Positions 30,001 through 41,897 of a DNA stretch of 64,000 nt are shown piece by piece. The notes below the pieces were generated by a model. That model worked only from the letters and a program-made list of their open reading frames with translations, was not told the origin of the DNA and ran no database searches. This DNA is from Malacoraja senta (Eukaryota). The position numbers were made by a program, and so were the translations under genes. How positions within the stretch are numbered: the first letter of the stretch is position 1; each line of letters opens with the position of its first letter. The stretch lies in the NCBI GenBank assembly GCA_038087875.1, contig JAXLNO010000338.1:62001-126000 (forward strand). The letters run 5' to 3'.

Positions 30001-33000
30001 GCCATAAATCCGGCAAGGTCTCCATAAACCGGCGTGCTCGCCATATTTCCGGCGAGGTCGCCCTAATTCCGGCAAGGTCGTTATAAATATGAAGAGGTTG
30101 CCATGTTTCCGGCGAGGTCGCCATAAATCCGGCAAGGTCGCCATAATTCCGGCGACGTCGCCATATTTCCGGCAAGATCGCCATAAATCCGGCACGGTCG
30201 CCATAAATCCGGCAAGGTCGCTATATTTCTGGCAAGGTAGCCATATTTCCGTCTAGGTCGCCATATTTCCGGCAAGGTCGCCATAATTCCGGCAAGGTGG
30301 CCACAGTGGCCAGCAAGGTGGCCACAAATCAGTGAAGGTCGCCACATTCCCGATGCCACATAAATCCGGCAAGGTCGCCATAAGCCGGCAAGGTGGCCAC
30401 AGTTCCGGCGAGTTCGCCATAAACCCGGGCGAGTTCGCCATATTTCCGGCAAAGTTGCCATAAATCCGGCAAGGTCGCCATAAATCCGGCGATGTCGCCA
30501 TATTTCCGGCAAATTCGCCACAAATCCGGCAAGATCGCCATAAATCCGGCGAGGTCGCCATAAATCCGGCAAGTTCGCCACATATCCCGCAAAGTCGCCA
30601 TAAATCAGGCGAGGTCGCCATTTTCCCGGCAAGGTCGCCACAAATCCAGCAATGTCGCCATAAATCCGGCGGGTCGCCATATTTCCGGCGAGGTCGCCAG
30701 AAAGACGGCAAGGTCGCCTTAAATCCGGCGAGGTCGCCATATTTCCGGCGAGGTCGCCATAAATCCGGCAAGGTCGCCATAAATCCGGCGAGGACGCCAT
30801 ATTTCCGCCGAGGTCGCCATAAATCCGGCAAGGTCTCCATAAACCGGCGTGCTCGCCATATTTCCGGCGAGGTCGCCCTAATTCCGGCAAGGTCGTTATA
30901 AATATGAAGAGGTTGCCATGTTTCCGGCGAGGTCGCCATAAATCCGGCAAGGTCGCCATAATTCCGGCGACGTCGCCATATTTCCGGCAAGATCGCCATA
31001 AATCCGGCACGGTCGCCATAAATCCGGCAAGGTCGCTATATTTCTGGCAAGGTAGCCATATTTCCGTCTAGGTCGCCATATTTCCGGCAAGGTCGCCATA
31101 ATTCCGGCAAGGTGGCCACAGTGGCCAGCAAGGTGGCCACAAATCAGTGAAGGTCGCCACATTCCCGATGAGGTCGCCATAAATCCGGCAAGGTCGCCAT
31201 AAGCCGGCAAGGTGGCCACAGTTCCGGCGAGTTCGCCATAAACCCGGGCGAGTTCGCCATATTTCCGGCAAAGTTGCCATAAATCCGGCAAGGTCGCCAT
31301 AAATCCGGCGATGTCGACATATTTCCGGCAAGGTCGCGATAAATCCGGCCAGGTCGCCATAAATCCGGCGAGGTCGCCACAAATCCGTCAAGGTCGCCAC
31401 ATTTACGGGAATGTCGCCATAAATCCGGCAAGGTCGCCACAATTACGGCAAGGTCGCCACAATTCCGGCAATGTCACCATAAATCCGGCAAGGTCGCCAC
31501 AAATCCGGCAACGTCGCCACATCCCGGGCAAGGACGACATACATCCGGCAAGGTCGCCACAAATCCGTCAAGGTCGCCGCATTTCAGGCTAGGTCGCTAT
31601 AAATCCGGCAAGGTCGCCACTAATCCGGCAAGATCTCCACATTTCCGGCAAGGTCGCCATTATTCCGGGAAGGTCGCCATAAATCCGGCAAGGTCGCCAC
31701 ATTCCCGGCAAGGTCGCCATAAATCCGGCAAGGTCGACTCAAATCCGGCAAGGTCGCCACATTACCGGCAAGGTCGCCATAAATCCGGCAAGGTCGCCAC
31801 ATTTCCGGCAAGGTCCCCTTAAATCCGGCAAGTTCGCCACAAATCCGACAAGGTCGCCATAAATCCGGCAAGGTCGCCACATTTACGGCTAGGTCGCAAT
31901 AAATCCGGCAAGGCCGCCACAAACCGGCAAGGACCCCACATTTCCGTCGAGGTCGCAATACATCCGGCAAGGTCGCCACAAATCCGTCAAGTTCGCTACA
32001 TATCCCGCAAAGTCGCCATAAATCCGGCGAGGTCGCCATTTTTCCGGCAAGGTCGCCACAAATCCAGCAATGTCGCCATAAATCCGGCGGGTCGCCATAT
32101 TTCCGGCGAGGTCGCCAGAAAGACGACAAGGTCGCCTTAAATCCGGCGAGGTCGCCATATTTCCGGCGAGGTCGCCATAAATCCGGCAAGGTCGTCATAA
32201 ATCCGGCGAGGTCGCCATATTTCCGCCGAGGTCGCATTAAATTCGGCAAGGTCTCCATAAACCGGCGTGGTCGCCATATTTCAGGCGAGGTCGCCCTAAT
32301 TCCGGCAAGGTCGTTATAAATATGAAGAGGTCGCCATGTTTCCGGCGAGGTCGCCATAAATCCGGCAAGGTCGCCATAATTCCGGCGACGTCGCCATATT
32401 TCCGGCAAGGTCGCCATAAATCCGGCACGGTCGCCATAAATCCGGCAAGGTCGCCATATTTGTGGCAACGTAGCCATATTTCCGTCTAGGTCGCCATATT
32501 TCCGGCGAGGTCGCCATAAATCCGGCAAGTTGGCCTCAAATTCGGCATGGTCGCCACATTTCCGACGAGGCCGCCATATATCCGGCAAGGTGGCCATAAT
32601 TCCGGCAAGGTGGCCACAGTGGCCAGCAAAGTGGACACAAATCAGGGAAGGTCGCCACATTCCCGATGAGGTCGCCTTAACTCCGGCAAGGTGGCCACAG
32701 TTCCGGCGAGTTCGCCATAAACCCGGGCGAGTTCGCCATATTTCCGGCAAAGTCGCCATAAATCCGGCAAGGTCGCCATAAATCCGGCGATGTCGCCATA
32801 TTTCCGGCAAGGTCGCCATAAATCCGGCCAGGTCGCCATAAATCCGGCCAGGTCGCCACAAATCCGTCAAGGTCGCCACATTTGCGGGAATGTCGCCATA
32901 AATCCGGCAAGGTCGCCACAATTACGGCAAGGTCGCCACAATTCCGGCAAGGTCACCATAAATCCGGCAAGGTCGCCACAAATCCGGCAACGTCGCCACA

Positions 33001-35318
33001 TCCCGGGCAAGGACGACATATATCCGGCAAGGTCGCCACAAATCCGTCAAGGTCGCCGCATTTCAGGCTAGGTCGCCATAAATCCGGCAAGGTCGCCACA
33101 AATCCGGCAAGATCGCCACATTTCCGGCAAGGTCGCCATAAATCCGGGAAGGTCGCCACATTCCCGGCAAGGTCGCCATAAATCCGGCAAGGTCGACTCA
33201 AATCCGGCAAGGTCGCCACATTTCCGGCAAGGTCGCCATAAATCCGGCAAGGTCGCCACATTTCCGGCAAGGTCGCCTTAAATCCGGCAAGTTCGCCACA
33301 AATCCGACAAGGTCGCCATAAATCCGGCAAGGTCGCCACATTTACGGCTAGGTCGCCATAAATCCGGCGAGGTCGCCATAAAGCCGGCAAGTTCGCTACC
33401 TATCCCGCAAAGTCGCCATAAATCCGGCGAGGTCGCTATTTTACCGGCAAGGTCGCCACAAATCCAGCAATGTCGCCATAAATCCGGCGGGACGCCATAT
33501 TTCCGGCGAGGTCGCCAGAAAGACGACAAGATCGCCTTAAATCCGGCGAGGTCGCCATATTTCCGGCGAGGTCGCCATAAATCCGGCAAGGTCGTCATAA
33601 ATCCGGCGAGGTCGCCATATTTCCGCCGAGGTCGCATTAAATTCGGCATGGTCTCCATAAACCGGCGTGGTCGCCATATTTCAGGCGAGGTCGCCCTAAT
33701 TCCGGCAAGGTCGTTATAAATATGAAGAGGTCGCCATGTTTCCGGCGAGGTCGCCATAAATCCGGCAAAGTCGCCATAATTCCGGCGACGTCGCCATATT
33801 TCCGGCAAGGTCGCCATAAATCCGGCACGGTCGCCATAAATCCGGCAAGGTCGCCATATTTCTGGCAAGGTAGCCATATTTCCGTCTAGGTCGCCATATT
33901 TCCGGCGAGGTCGCCATAAATCCGGCAAGTTGGCCTCAAATTCGGCATGGTCGCCACATTTCCGACGAGGCCGCCATATATCCGGCAAGGTCGCCATAAT
34001 TCCGGCAAGGTGGCCACAGTGGCCAGCAAAGTGGACACAAATCAGGGAAGGTCGCCACATACCCGATGAGGTCGCCATAACTCCGGCAAGGTGGCCACAG
34101 TTCCGGCGAGTTCGCCATAAACCCGGGCGAGTTCGCCATATTTCCGGCAAAGTCGCCATAAATCCGGCAAGGTCGCCATAAATCCGGCGATGTCGCCATA
34201 TTTCCGGCAAGGTCGCCATAAATCCGTCAAGGTCGCCACATTTTCGGGAATGTCGCCATAAATCCGGCAAGGTCGCCACAATTACGGCAAGGTCGCCACA
34301 ATTCCGGCAAGGTCACCATAAATCCGGCAAGGTCGCCACAAATCCGGCAACGTCGCCACATCCCGGGCAAGGACGACATACATCCGGCAAGGTCGCCACA
34401 AATCCGTCAAGGTCGCCGCATTTCAGGCTAGGTCGCCATAAATCCGGCAAGGTCGCCATAAATCCGGCAAGGTCGCCACATTCCCGGCAAGGTCGCCATA
34501 AATCCGGCAAGGTCGACTCAAATCCGGCAAGGTCTCCACATTTCCGGCAAGGTCGCCATAAATCCGGCAAGGTCGCCACATTTCCGGCAAGGTCGCCTTA
34601 AATCCGGCAAGTTCGCCACAAATCCGACAAGGTCGCCATAAATCCGGCAAGGTCGCCACATTTACGGCTAGGTCGCCATAAATCCGGCAAGGCCGCCACA
34701 AATCCGGCAAGGTCGCAATAAATCTGGGAAGGTCGCCACAAATCCGACAAGGTCGCCATATTTCCGGCAAGGTCGCCATAAATCCCGCAAGGTCGCCACA
34801 AATCCGGCAAGGTCGCCAGAAATCCCGCAAGGTCGCCACAAATCCGGCAAGGTCGCCATATTTCCGGCAATGTCGCCATAAATCCGGCAAGGTCGCCACA
34901 AATCCGGTAAGGTCGCATATTTCCGGCAAGGTCGCCACTAATCCGGCAAGGTCGCCATATTTCCGGCAAGATCGCCATAATTCCAGCAAGGTCGCCACAA
35001 ACCCGACTAGGCCGCCATATTTCCGGCATGGTCGCCATAATTCCGGCAAGGTGGCCACAAATCAGGAAAGGTCGCCATATTTCCGGCAATGTCGCCATAA
35101 ATCCGGCAAGGTGGCCGCAAATCCGGCAAGGTCGCCACATTCCCGGCAAGGTCGCCATAAATCCGGCAATGTCGCCACAAATCCGGCAATGTCACCACAA
35201 ATGCGGCAAGGTCGCCATATTTCCGGCAAGGTCGCCATAATTCTGGCAAGGTCGCCACAAATGCGACAAGGTCCTCATATTTCCGGCAAGGTCGCAATAA
35301 ATCCGGCAAGGTAGCCAC
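1..35318. repeat. 20-bp tandem satellite array, left arm (about 1,770 monomers; continues off the window start)
   Basis: Uninterrupted head-to-tail repeats of TCCGGCAAGGTCGCCA plus a 4-nt linker (mostly TAAA, CAAA, TATT, CATT). Substitutions are scattered and 1-3 nt indels occasionally shift the phase. Monomer count is length divided by 20. Confidence 0.99.
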
Positions 35319-35524
35319 TGTAGATTGATGATGCATGTGAATCAATCACACTTAGCTAGCAACACTAACTCCACCCCATTACAACATTTATACTAACGCC
35401 CATTCCCAGCACCGTTAGTTGAAGCAGGCAGGGTGAACTGACAACACCTCGCTCTGTAATGCTGCCAAGTTAATGTGCTGATTAAAGATGTGTGTAAATC
35501 TTATATGCTTTGAAGTGATTTACA
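35319..35524 (+). repeat. 5' LTR of the Gypsy element
   Basis: TGTAGATTG...GATTTACA; direct repeat of 43810-44015 with 5 substitutions in 206 bp by manual alignment; ATTAAA near the 3' end. Confidence 0.97.
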
Positions 35525-35539
35525 TGGTGTCAGAAGTGG
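35525..35539 (+). promoter_or_regulatory. Primer-binding site complementary to the 3' end of tRNA-Leu(CAA)
   Basis: TGGTGTCAGAAGTGG directly follows the LTR-terminal CA. It is the reverse complement of CCACTTCTGACACCA, the vertebrate tRNA-Leu(CAA) 3' end as recalled, not searched. Confidence 0.85.
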
Positions 35540-35682
35540 TCCTACTTCCGGTGGCGTCATGTTGGACAAACAGACGTGCACCTAGCTCCACTCCCGAAAA
35601 ACTTCACGATTTATCGTGTAAAACGGGTCCAGAAAACGGGATTGTTTTTAAAAACCTTACCGGAGCTTCTGGTTACCGCGCT

Positions 35683-35694
35683 GATGACGTCATC
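35683..35694. promoter_or_regulatory. Palindromic CRE (GATGACGTCATC) in the L1 5' UTR, candidate internal-promoter element
   Basis: Perfect 12-bp palindrome containing TGACGTCA; an ETS-like ACTTCCGG spans the L1 5' junction (35544-35551). Function is inferred only. Confidence 0.45.
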
Positions 35695-35868
35695 GTTAAA
35701 CGCGATGTTTTAAACGGTGGTTTGAAGCCATTTAAATGAGTAAATTGCCTCCAGCTGTGAGCCCTCAGAGAGCTGTGAATAAGCTGCTGAAAAAGTCTGA
35801 AGCAGAAGTTACCTCTGAAGTCTCTGAAGTGGCTGCAGAAATGGATACAAGATCTAAGAAAGACTTTG

Positions 35869-36795
35869 ATGAAGAAATCAATGAAAAATTTGAAAGATGA
35901 GATTTCGGATAATAGGGTGGAAGATAAGGAAATGAAGGAAAATACGGTAAAAATGATGGAAGGAATGGAGATGATGAAGGATTTAAATGCTGGTAACCAG
36001 AAGAATATGATGGATTTACTGGACATTATGAATAAACGAATTGATGAGGTGAAAGATGGACTATCAGAGAAAATGGATAAGATGGATGTAATTACTACGG
36101 ATAAGTTCACGGCTGTACTTGAAACAGTAGCTGCAAGTATGCACACAATTACGGAATTGGAGAAAAACACGGCTCGACTGGTTGAAGACATGGCGAAATT
36201 GAGGCAAGAACATGAGCAAATGAGGCGAGAAAACGAACAAGCGTCACTACAAATGGGGACTCAATTAGAGAAAGTCTCAGTCAAATGCCTGGACCTGGAA
36301 GCTCGCTCTAGACGCCAGAATTTGAGAATTCTTGGTGTTTCAGAGGGGGCAGAAGGGGAACAGGTACGTGAATTTGCCATGGGCTTGTTGAAACAACTGT
36401 TGAATCTTTCCAAGGAACCGAAAATCGAAGTGGCTCATCGTGTCCCAAGATTTGGAAAAAGATCTGGTGCGGGAAAAGCTTATCCACGACATATTATAGT
36501 GAAATTTCGAGATACTGCAGAACTGGAATATGTTATGAGCAAAATCAAATATGGTGTACAATTGCGGCTGGACAAGGACACTATTAAGATATTCAGGGAC
36601 TACCCGTATGAAATTGTGCAAAAAAGAAACAAATTTGATAAGGTTAAAGATCTTTTAAGAGGGAGAGAAGGGGTCAGATTTGGGTTTTTTTATCCCGCGA
36701 AAATGCGTATTTCCTTTAATGGTCTTGAAAAGTCATTTGTTAAGCCTGAAGACGCATTCAAATATGCCCAAACGATCGTTGAAAAACAGAAATGA
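35869..36795 (+). CDS. L1 ORF1p (coiled coil, RRM and CTD; Transposase_22-like RNA-binding protein)
   Basis: Open ORF of about 308 aa with a heptad-rich N-terminal half, then LEARSRRQNLRILGVSEG, AHRV...PRHIIVKF and FYPAKMRI motifs typical of vertebrate L1 ORF1p. The start is uncertain because an out-of-frame ATG at 35841 (MDTRSKK) may be the ancestral start. Confidence 0.92.
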   Translation: MKKSMKNLKDEISDNRVEDKEMKENTVKMMEGMEMMKDLNAGNQKNMMDLLDIMNKRIDEVKDGLSEKMDKMDVITTDKFTAVLETVAASMHTITELEKNTARLVEDMAKLRQEHEQMRRENEQASLQMGTQLEKVSVKCLDLEARSRRQNLRILGVSEGAEGEQVREFAMGLLKQLLNLSKEPKIEVAHRVPRFGKRSGAGKAYPRHIIVKFRDTAELEYVMSKIKYGVQLRLDKDTIKIFRDYPYEIVQKRNKFDKVKDLLRGREGVRFGFFYPAKMRISFNGLEKSFVKPEDAFKYAQTIVEKQK

Positions 36796-37568
36796 AAGGG
36801 AGTTTTGGCAGATCCGAACCATGTTTTGTCTGGGGATAGTTACACTGTTATCTCTGGAATGTTGAATCAAGGACATTTTCTGTTCAAAACGTGTAAACAA
36901 CTTAAAAGTTGGAATATAAATCAGAAACTAATTGCTTATTATTGTAAGAACTTATCCTATTAACAACTTTAAAAGTTATGCAGGTTAGATTAGAATACTA
37001 ACAAAAAAAAATAATGAACTAACATACTGATATGATTTTTTAATAAATTGTAACCTTGTCTATAAGCGGGAGGAGGGGATGAGAAACGAGCTCCTGGCTT
37101 ATGTCCAGGAGCACGTCTCGTTAACCCCTTCAACCAACAGTTGATTCTTATTGAAATCAAAAATATTGGTTTAATAATTAAACTCCGATATATATATATG
37201 TTATAAGGAAATATCAGGGTAAAATTGTATTATATATCTGAATGTGAGGCCTCGTTTTAATATTTTAATATGTTATGATTAACTAAGAGAGCGGAGCTAT
37301 TTGAGTAACAACGCAATGGAAGTCAAAACAAGGTTTTTTCCCACCTACAGGTGGGACACTCGCTACAGTGCCGACTATATCAGACACTGTAGCCTCACTC
37401 TTTTAGTTTTTTTTTTACCACATAAAATCACTTGTTTGTGTTTTGTGTTTAGTGATAAGAGTAAAATGGACATACCAGCAAAAGTTAATAATTCAAAAAC
37501 TCCCCCAATACCTAAAGACCTGGGACATGGACGCACCACAAGATTCAAAGGTACTATAATTATTCAAA

Positions 37569-40500
37569 ATGCATGACACCACACAAAAGAACCTAGGAGG
37601 AATCTCATTTTGTAGTTGGAATATAAGAGGTATTAACGAACCTATCAAAAGCGGTAAGATATTAGCTCAGCTAAAAATGTACAATTCTGACATTACCTTC
37701 CTACAAGAAACACACCTAAAACCTCAGGATCAAGTTAGGCTGAGGGCGAAATGGATAGGTCAAACATACCACTCTTCATTTACTTCAAAATCTAGAGGCA
37801 CGTCAATTATCATAAGAAAAGGTATACCATTTAAAGCAAAGAATATTATAACAGATATAGAAGGGAGATACCTAATAGTTAATGGAGAAATCCATGACAC
37901 TCCACTTACTTTGGTAAATATATATGCCTCTAACTTTGATAACCCCCACTTTTTCAATAAAATCTTCAATATAATTGCAGAGTCAAACTATCAAAATGTT
38001 ATAATAGGCGGAGACTTTAACTGTGTTTTAGATCCGTACTTAGATAAATCAAGTCAAAAACAGAGAGGGAATATGAAATCGAAAACTGGGGAACTCCTTA
38101 ATACCTATATAAATAACACTAATATAGCAGATGTTTGGAGAATTGTGAATCCAACTGGCAGGGAATATTCGTTTTACTCAATGGTACATAAGACATACTC
38201 ACGTATAGACTACTTTCTGCTGGATACAAAATTAATCCCCCAAACATCTAATGCAATATACCATACAAATTCAATTTCAGACCATTCTCCACTAACTTTC
38301 TTTTTAAAACTGGAAGGATTGTCTAAGAATAAATCATTCTGGAGATTTAATTCTCAAATTTTAAAAGATCCACAAGCGAGTATATATTTAAAAGAACAAA
38401 TGGAGGTCTTTTTTCAAACAAATGATACTTCAGATATATCGCCTACTTTACATTGGGAATCTTTTAAAGCATACATTAGGGGTATTATAATCTCATATCA
38501 AGCTTTTCAAAATAAAAAGAATAAGAATGAACAAAGACAGTTAGAAGAACTTATTAGACAAATGGATATAGATAATGCTAAAGATCCATCAATAGATAAA
38601 CATAATAAAATAATAATTTTAAAATTTAAATTAAATAAATTATTATCTGCCAAACTTATAAGACTTTTTCAAATTACAAAACAAGAGCACTTTGAATTTG
38701 GGGATAAACCGCATAAACTTTTGGCTCGCCAGCTAAAAAAACGAGAAAAGGAACATACTATACCAAAGATCAAATCAGATAAAGGGGAATTATTAACAAC
38801 ACCGAAGGATATTAATAAAAGATTTGCGCAATTTTACGAGAATTTGTATACATCTAAAACGATAATTGATTCCAATAATATCACAAAGTTCTTGGATACC
38901 TGTAATCTTCCAAAGTTAGAGCTGAAGGAACAAGAGGAACTGGGTGCACAAATCTCAATTAAGGAATTAGAAGATACAATAAACTCATTAAAGAATGGAA
39001 AAACACCAGGCCCTGATGGATTTACTAATGAATTTTATAAAAGCTTTTATGATAAAATAATACCAAGATTACAAAAAATGTACCAATACGCTTTTAAAAA
39101 ACGAATACTACCTGATACATTAGCGGAATCAACGATTACATTAATACCTAAGAAAAATAAAGATTTAGAAGAACCTGGCTCATATAAAGCTATAGCATTG
39201 TTAAACACAGATCAAAAAATATTAGCGAAAACATTAGCTAGAAGATTAAGTAAATACATTAGTAAATTAATAAACCCAGATCAGACAGGGTTTATCCCTA
39301 AGAGATACTCTTCTAATAATATGAGACGTCTACTCAACATAATGCACTCACACAAATCTGAAGATCAAGAATTATCAATTATTTCGCTGGATGCTGAAAA
39401 AGCATTTGATCAAGTAGAATGGAATTATATGGATAAAGTACTACAAAAATTTCAACTGGGAGAGAATTTTATTTTATGGATTAAGTTACTATATAACAAA
39501 CCTACAGCTAGAATACTTACTAATAACATATTATCCTCGAAATTTCAACTATCAAGGGGAAATAGACAAGGATGCTCATTATCACCACAGCTGTTTGCTC
39601 TCATTATTGAACCGCTAGCAGAAAAAATTAGAATACACCCTGATAATCATGGATATAATACTAAAGACTCATATAATAAAATATCTTTATACGCGGATGA
39701 TATATTATTGTATATTACAAAACCTCAAATCACTATACCAAATATATTAAATTTAATTGAAGACTTCGGATCTTTTTCTGGATATAGAATAAATTGGAAT
39801 AAAAGTGAAATTATGTCAATAAAACCGAAAGATTCAACACATCTTTTAAAATTCCCTTTTAAAATAGCTACAGAAAAATTTAAATATTTGGGAATCGAAA
39901 TTACCAGAACATATCAAGGTATGTTCAGGGCAAATTTTGACCCCCTACTTAATAAACTAAATACATTAATTAAATTCTGGAAAACGCTCCCGATGTCTTT
40001 AATAGGCCGAATAAACGCAATAAAAATGATCTTTTTACCACAAATTTTATACCTATTTCAATCAATTCCTATATACTTACCTAAGAAGTTTTTTTAAAAA
40101 ACTCGACTCAGATATCACTAATTTTATATGGGACTATAAATCACATAGAATACAAAAAACCCATTTGAATAAACCTAAAGTATTGGGGGGTCTAGCACTA
40201 CCTAATTTTATGTATTATTATTGGTCAGTAAATATTAAAAACATGATTCAACTGATGGATAACTCCGCCCAGCAAGTAGACTGGATTGTAATGGAGAAAG
40301 AGGATTGCTCCTCTAGAAACATTGGAGCGATCCTCCTCTCTCCAATGAAACTGAATAACATAAATTATAATAAGAACCCAATTATTCATAGTACAATCCG
40401 TATTTGGAAACAAATAAAACAAAATTTAAAATTAAGAAACTTATCACTTTTATTACCTATAGTCAATAACCCTTCGTTTAGTCCTTCTATTATAGATAAA

Positions 40501-41361
40501 GCTTATACACAATGGGATAGACTAGGAATTAAAACGCTTGGTGACTTGTATGAAACTGGAAAATTACTTTCATTTCAACAATTACAAATAAAATATAAAC
40601 TCGGAAATAATCAATATTTTAAATATTTTCAAATATGCGACTATTTGAAAAAATATACAAAAGATCATTATAATAATCCAGTAGATGTATTGGACGAGGC
40701 AATGCAGATAAAAGCGGAATCAGCAAACTTAATATCATATTTGTATAATATTATTTTAAATGTACAAATACCACCTACGGAGGGTATCAGAAGAGACTGG
40801 GAACAAGAGTTAGCTATTAAAATTTCAAAGGAAAGTTGGAACGAATACTTATTAAACGTGCATAAATGCTCGATTAATGTAAGACACACTTTAATACAAT
40901 TAAAAATGTTACATAGATTATATTATTCGAAAACTAAAATTCATAAAATTTTCCCAAACGTATCATCTATTTGTGATAAATGTCAATCCCAAGAAGCAAC
41001 TATAGCGCACTCATTTGTCTTCTGTACAAAAATTCAAAAATTTTGGAATGAAATTTTTGAAATCTTTACAAAGTTATTTAAAACAAGACTGATACCCAAA
41101 GCAGAATGGATTATCTTCGGAATAACGGAAGATGATCTAGAACTAAATGTGTTTCAAAAGAAATTAATGGACTATGGGTTAATAACTGGAAAAAAGCTAA
41201 TTCTAAAATTTTGGAAGAAGGCTCCAATACCAACTATAAATATGTGGATTTCAAATATGTTTGAAACATTACACCTAGAAGAGATAAGACTCCTCCTAGC
41301 AGGTAAACCAGATCACTTCCACCTGACGTGGTCTGCATTTATAGAATTATTACAAACATAG
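37569..41361 (+). pseudogene. L1 ORF2p (APE endonuclease, reverse transcriptase, CCHC) with one +1 frameshift at 40089-40095
   Basis: Endonuclease motifs SWNIRG, LQETH, GGDFN, SRIDYF, SDHSP; RT motifs KTPGPDGF, SLDAEKAFD, RQGCSLSP, LYADD, KYLGI; C-terminal CDKC-x8-H-x4-C. Removing one T from the T7 run joins ORFs 37569-40097 and 40165-41361 through FFKKLDSDITNFIW...GGLALPNF, giving 1263 aa. Confidence 0.95.
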
Positions 41362-41845
41362 GGTGCAAAAGTACTTTAAAAAAATAAAAAAATGAGGTCA
41401 GGTAAGGGGGGATGATAGTTGAAGAGTTGGTATGTCCTATTTACGTGATGCTCAAAAAAAAACATTTATTTCTCTTTTTTTCTCTTTCTCTTTTCTTTTC
41501 TTAGGGCCTATTTCTTAACTCTTTTTCTTTTTGTTTTTAATTTCGCTCTTATAGGGTCTTCGTCCTTTTTCGTTGTTACATTTTCTACACTTTTCTACAC
41601 TTGCACTTTTTCCTTCACTTTCTTCTTTTTTTCAATCTTTTCTTTTTCTAGTGTAAAAAAATAAATAAAGGGAGTACATTAATTGTAAGAAGATATAAAT
41701 GACGAGTATTAATGTATGTGGTTGTAATGTAATGTACTTCTAATAAATAAAAAAATAGAAAAAAAGAAAAAAGAAGTGGTCCTACCCACTCCTCTTGTAT
41801 AACGGTTTTTTATTTTATCTTTTGTGAGTTTTGCTTTACTTTACG

Positions 41846-41896
41846 ATGGCGTCTTCTTGTCGGAAGCCTGAGCCTCTTGTCTTTGATGCCGATATC
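41846..41896 (+). pseudogene. Gypsy gag N-terminal remnant (17 codons)
   Basis: Translates to MASSCRKPEPLVFDADI, 16/17 identical to the gag start of the related element at 63884 (MASSCRKPSPLVFDADI). It is absent from the supplied ORF track. Confidence 0.9.
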
Positions 41897-41897
41897 A

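Larger units (their letters stand above)
35546..41771 (+). mobile_element. Apparently full-length L1-clade LINE (about 6.2 kb) nested in the Gypsy PBS
   Basis: 14-bp TSD AGAAGTGGTCCTAC at 35532-35545 and 41772-41785; CpG-containing 5' UTR; ORF1; 773-bp spacer; ORF2; T-rich 3' UTR; AATAAA at 41742 followed by an A-rich tail. Confidence 0.96.

Noticed and set aside
1..35318. CRISPR array or diversity-generating cassette
   Set aside because: There are no unique spacers, only a 4-nt linker with a few states; no cas genes are present, and all RTs are ordinary eukaryotic retrotransposon enzymes.
35525..35539. tRNA gene (also considered for 58228-58245)
   Set aside because: Only 15-18 nt match tRNA 3' ends including CCA, directly beside LTRs; these are primer-binding sites with no cloverleaf.
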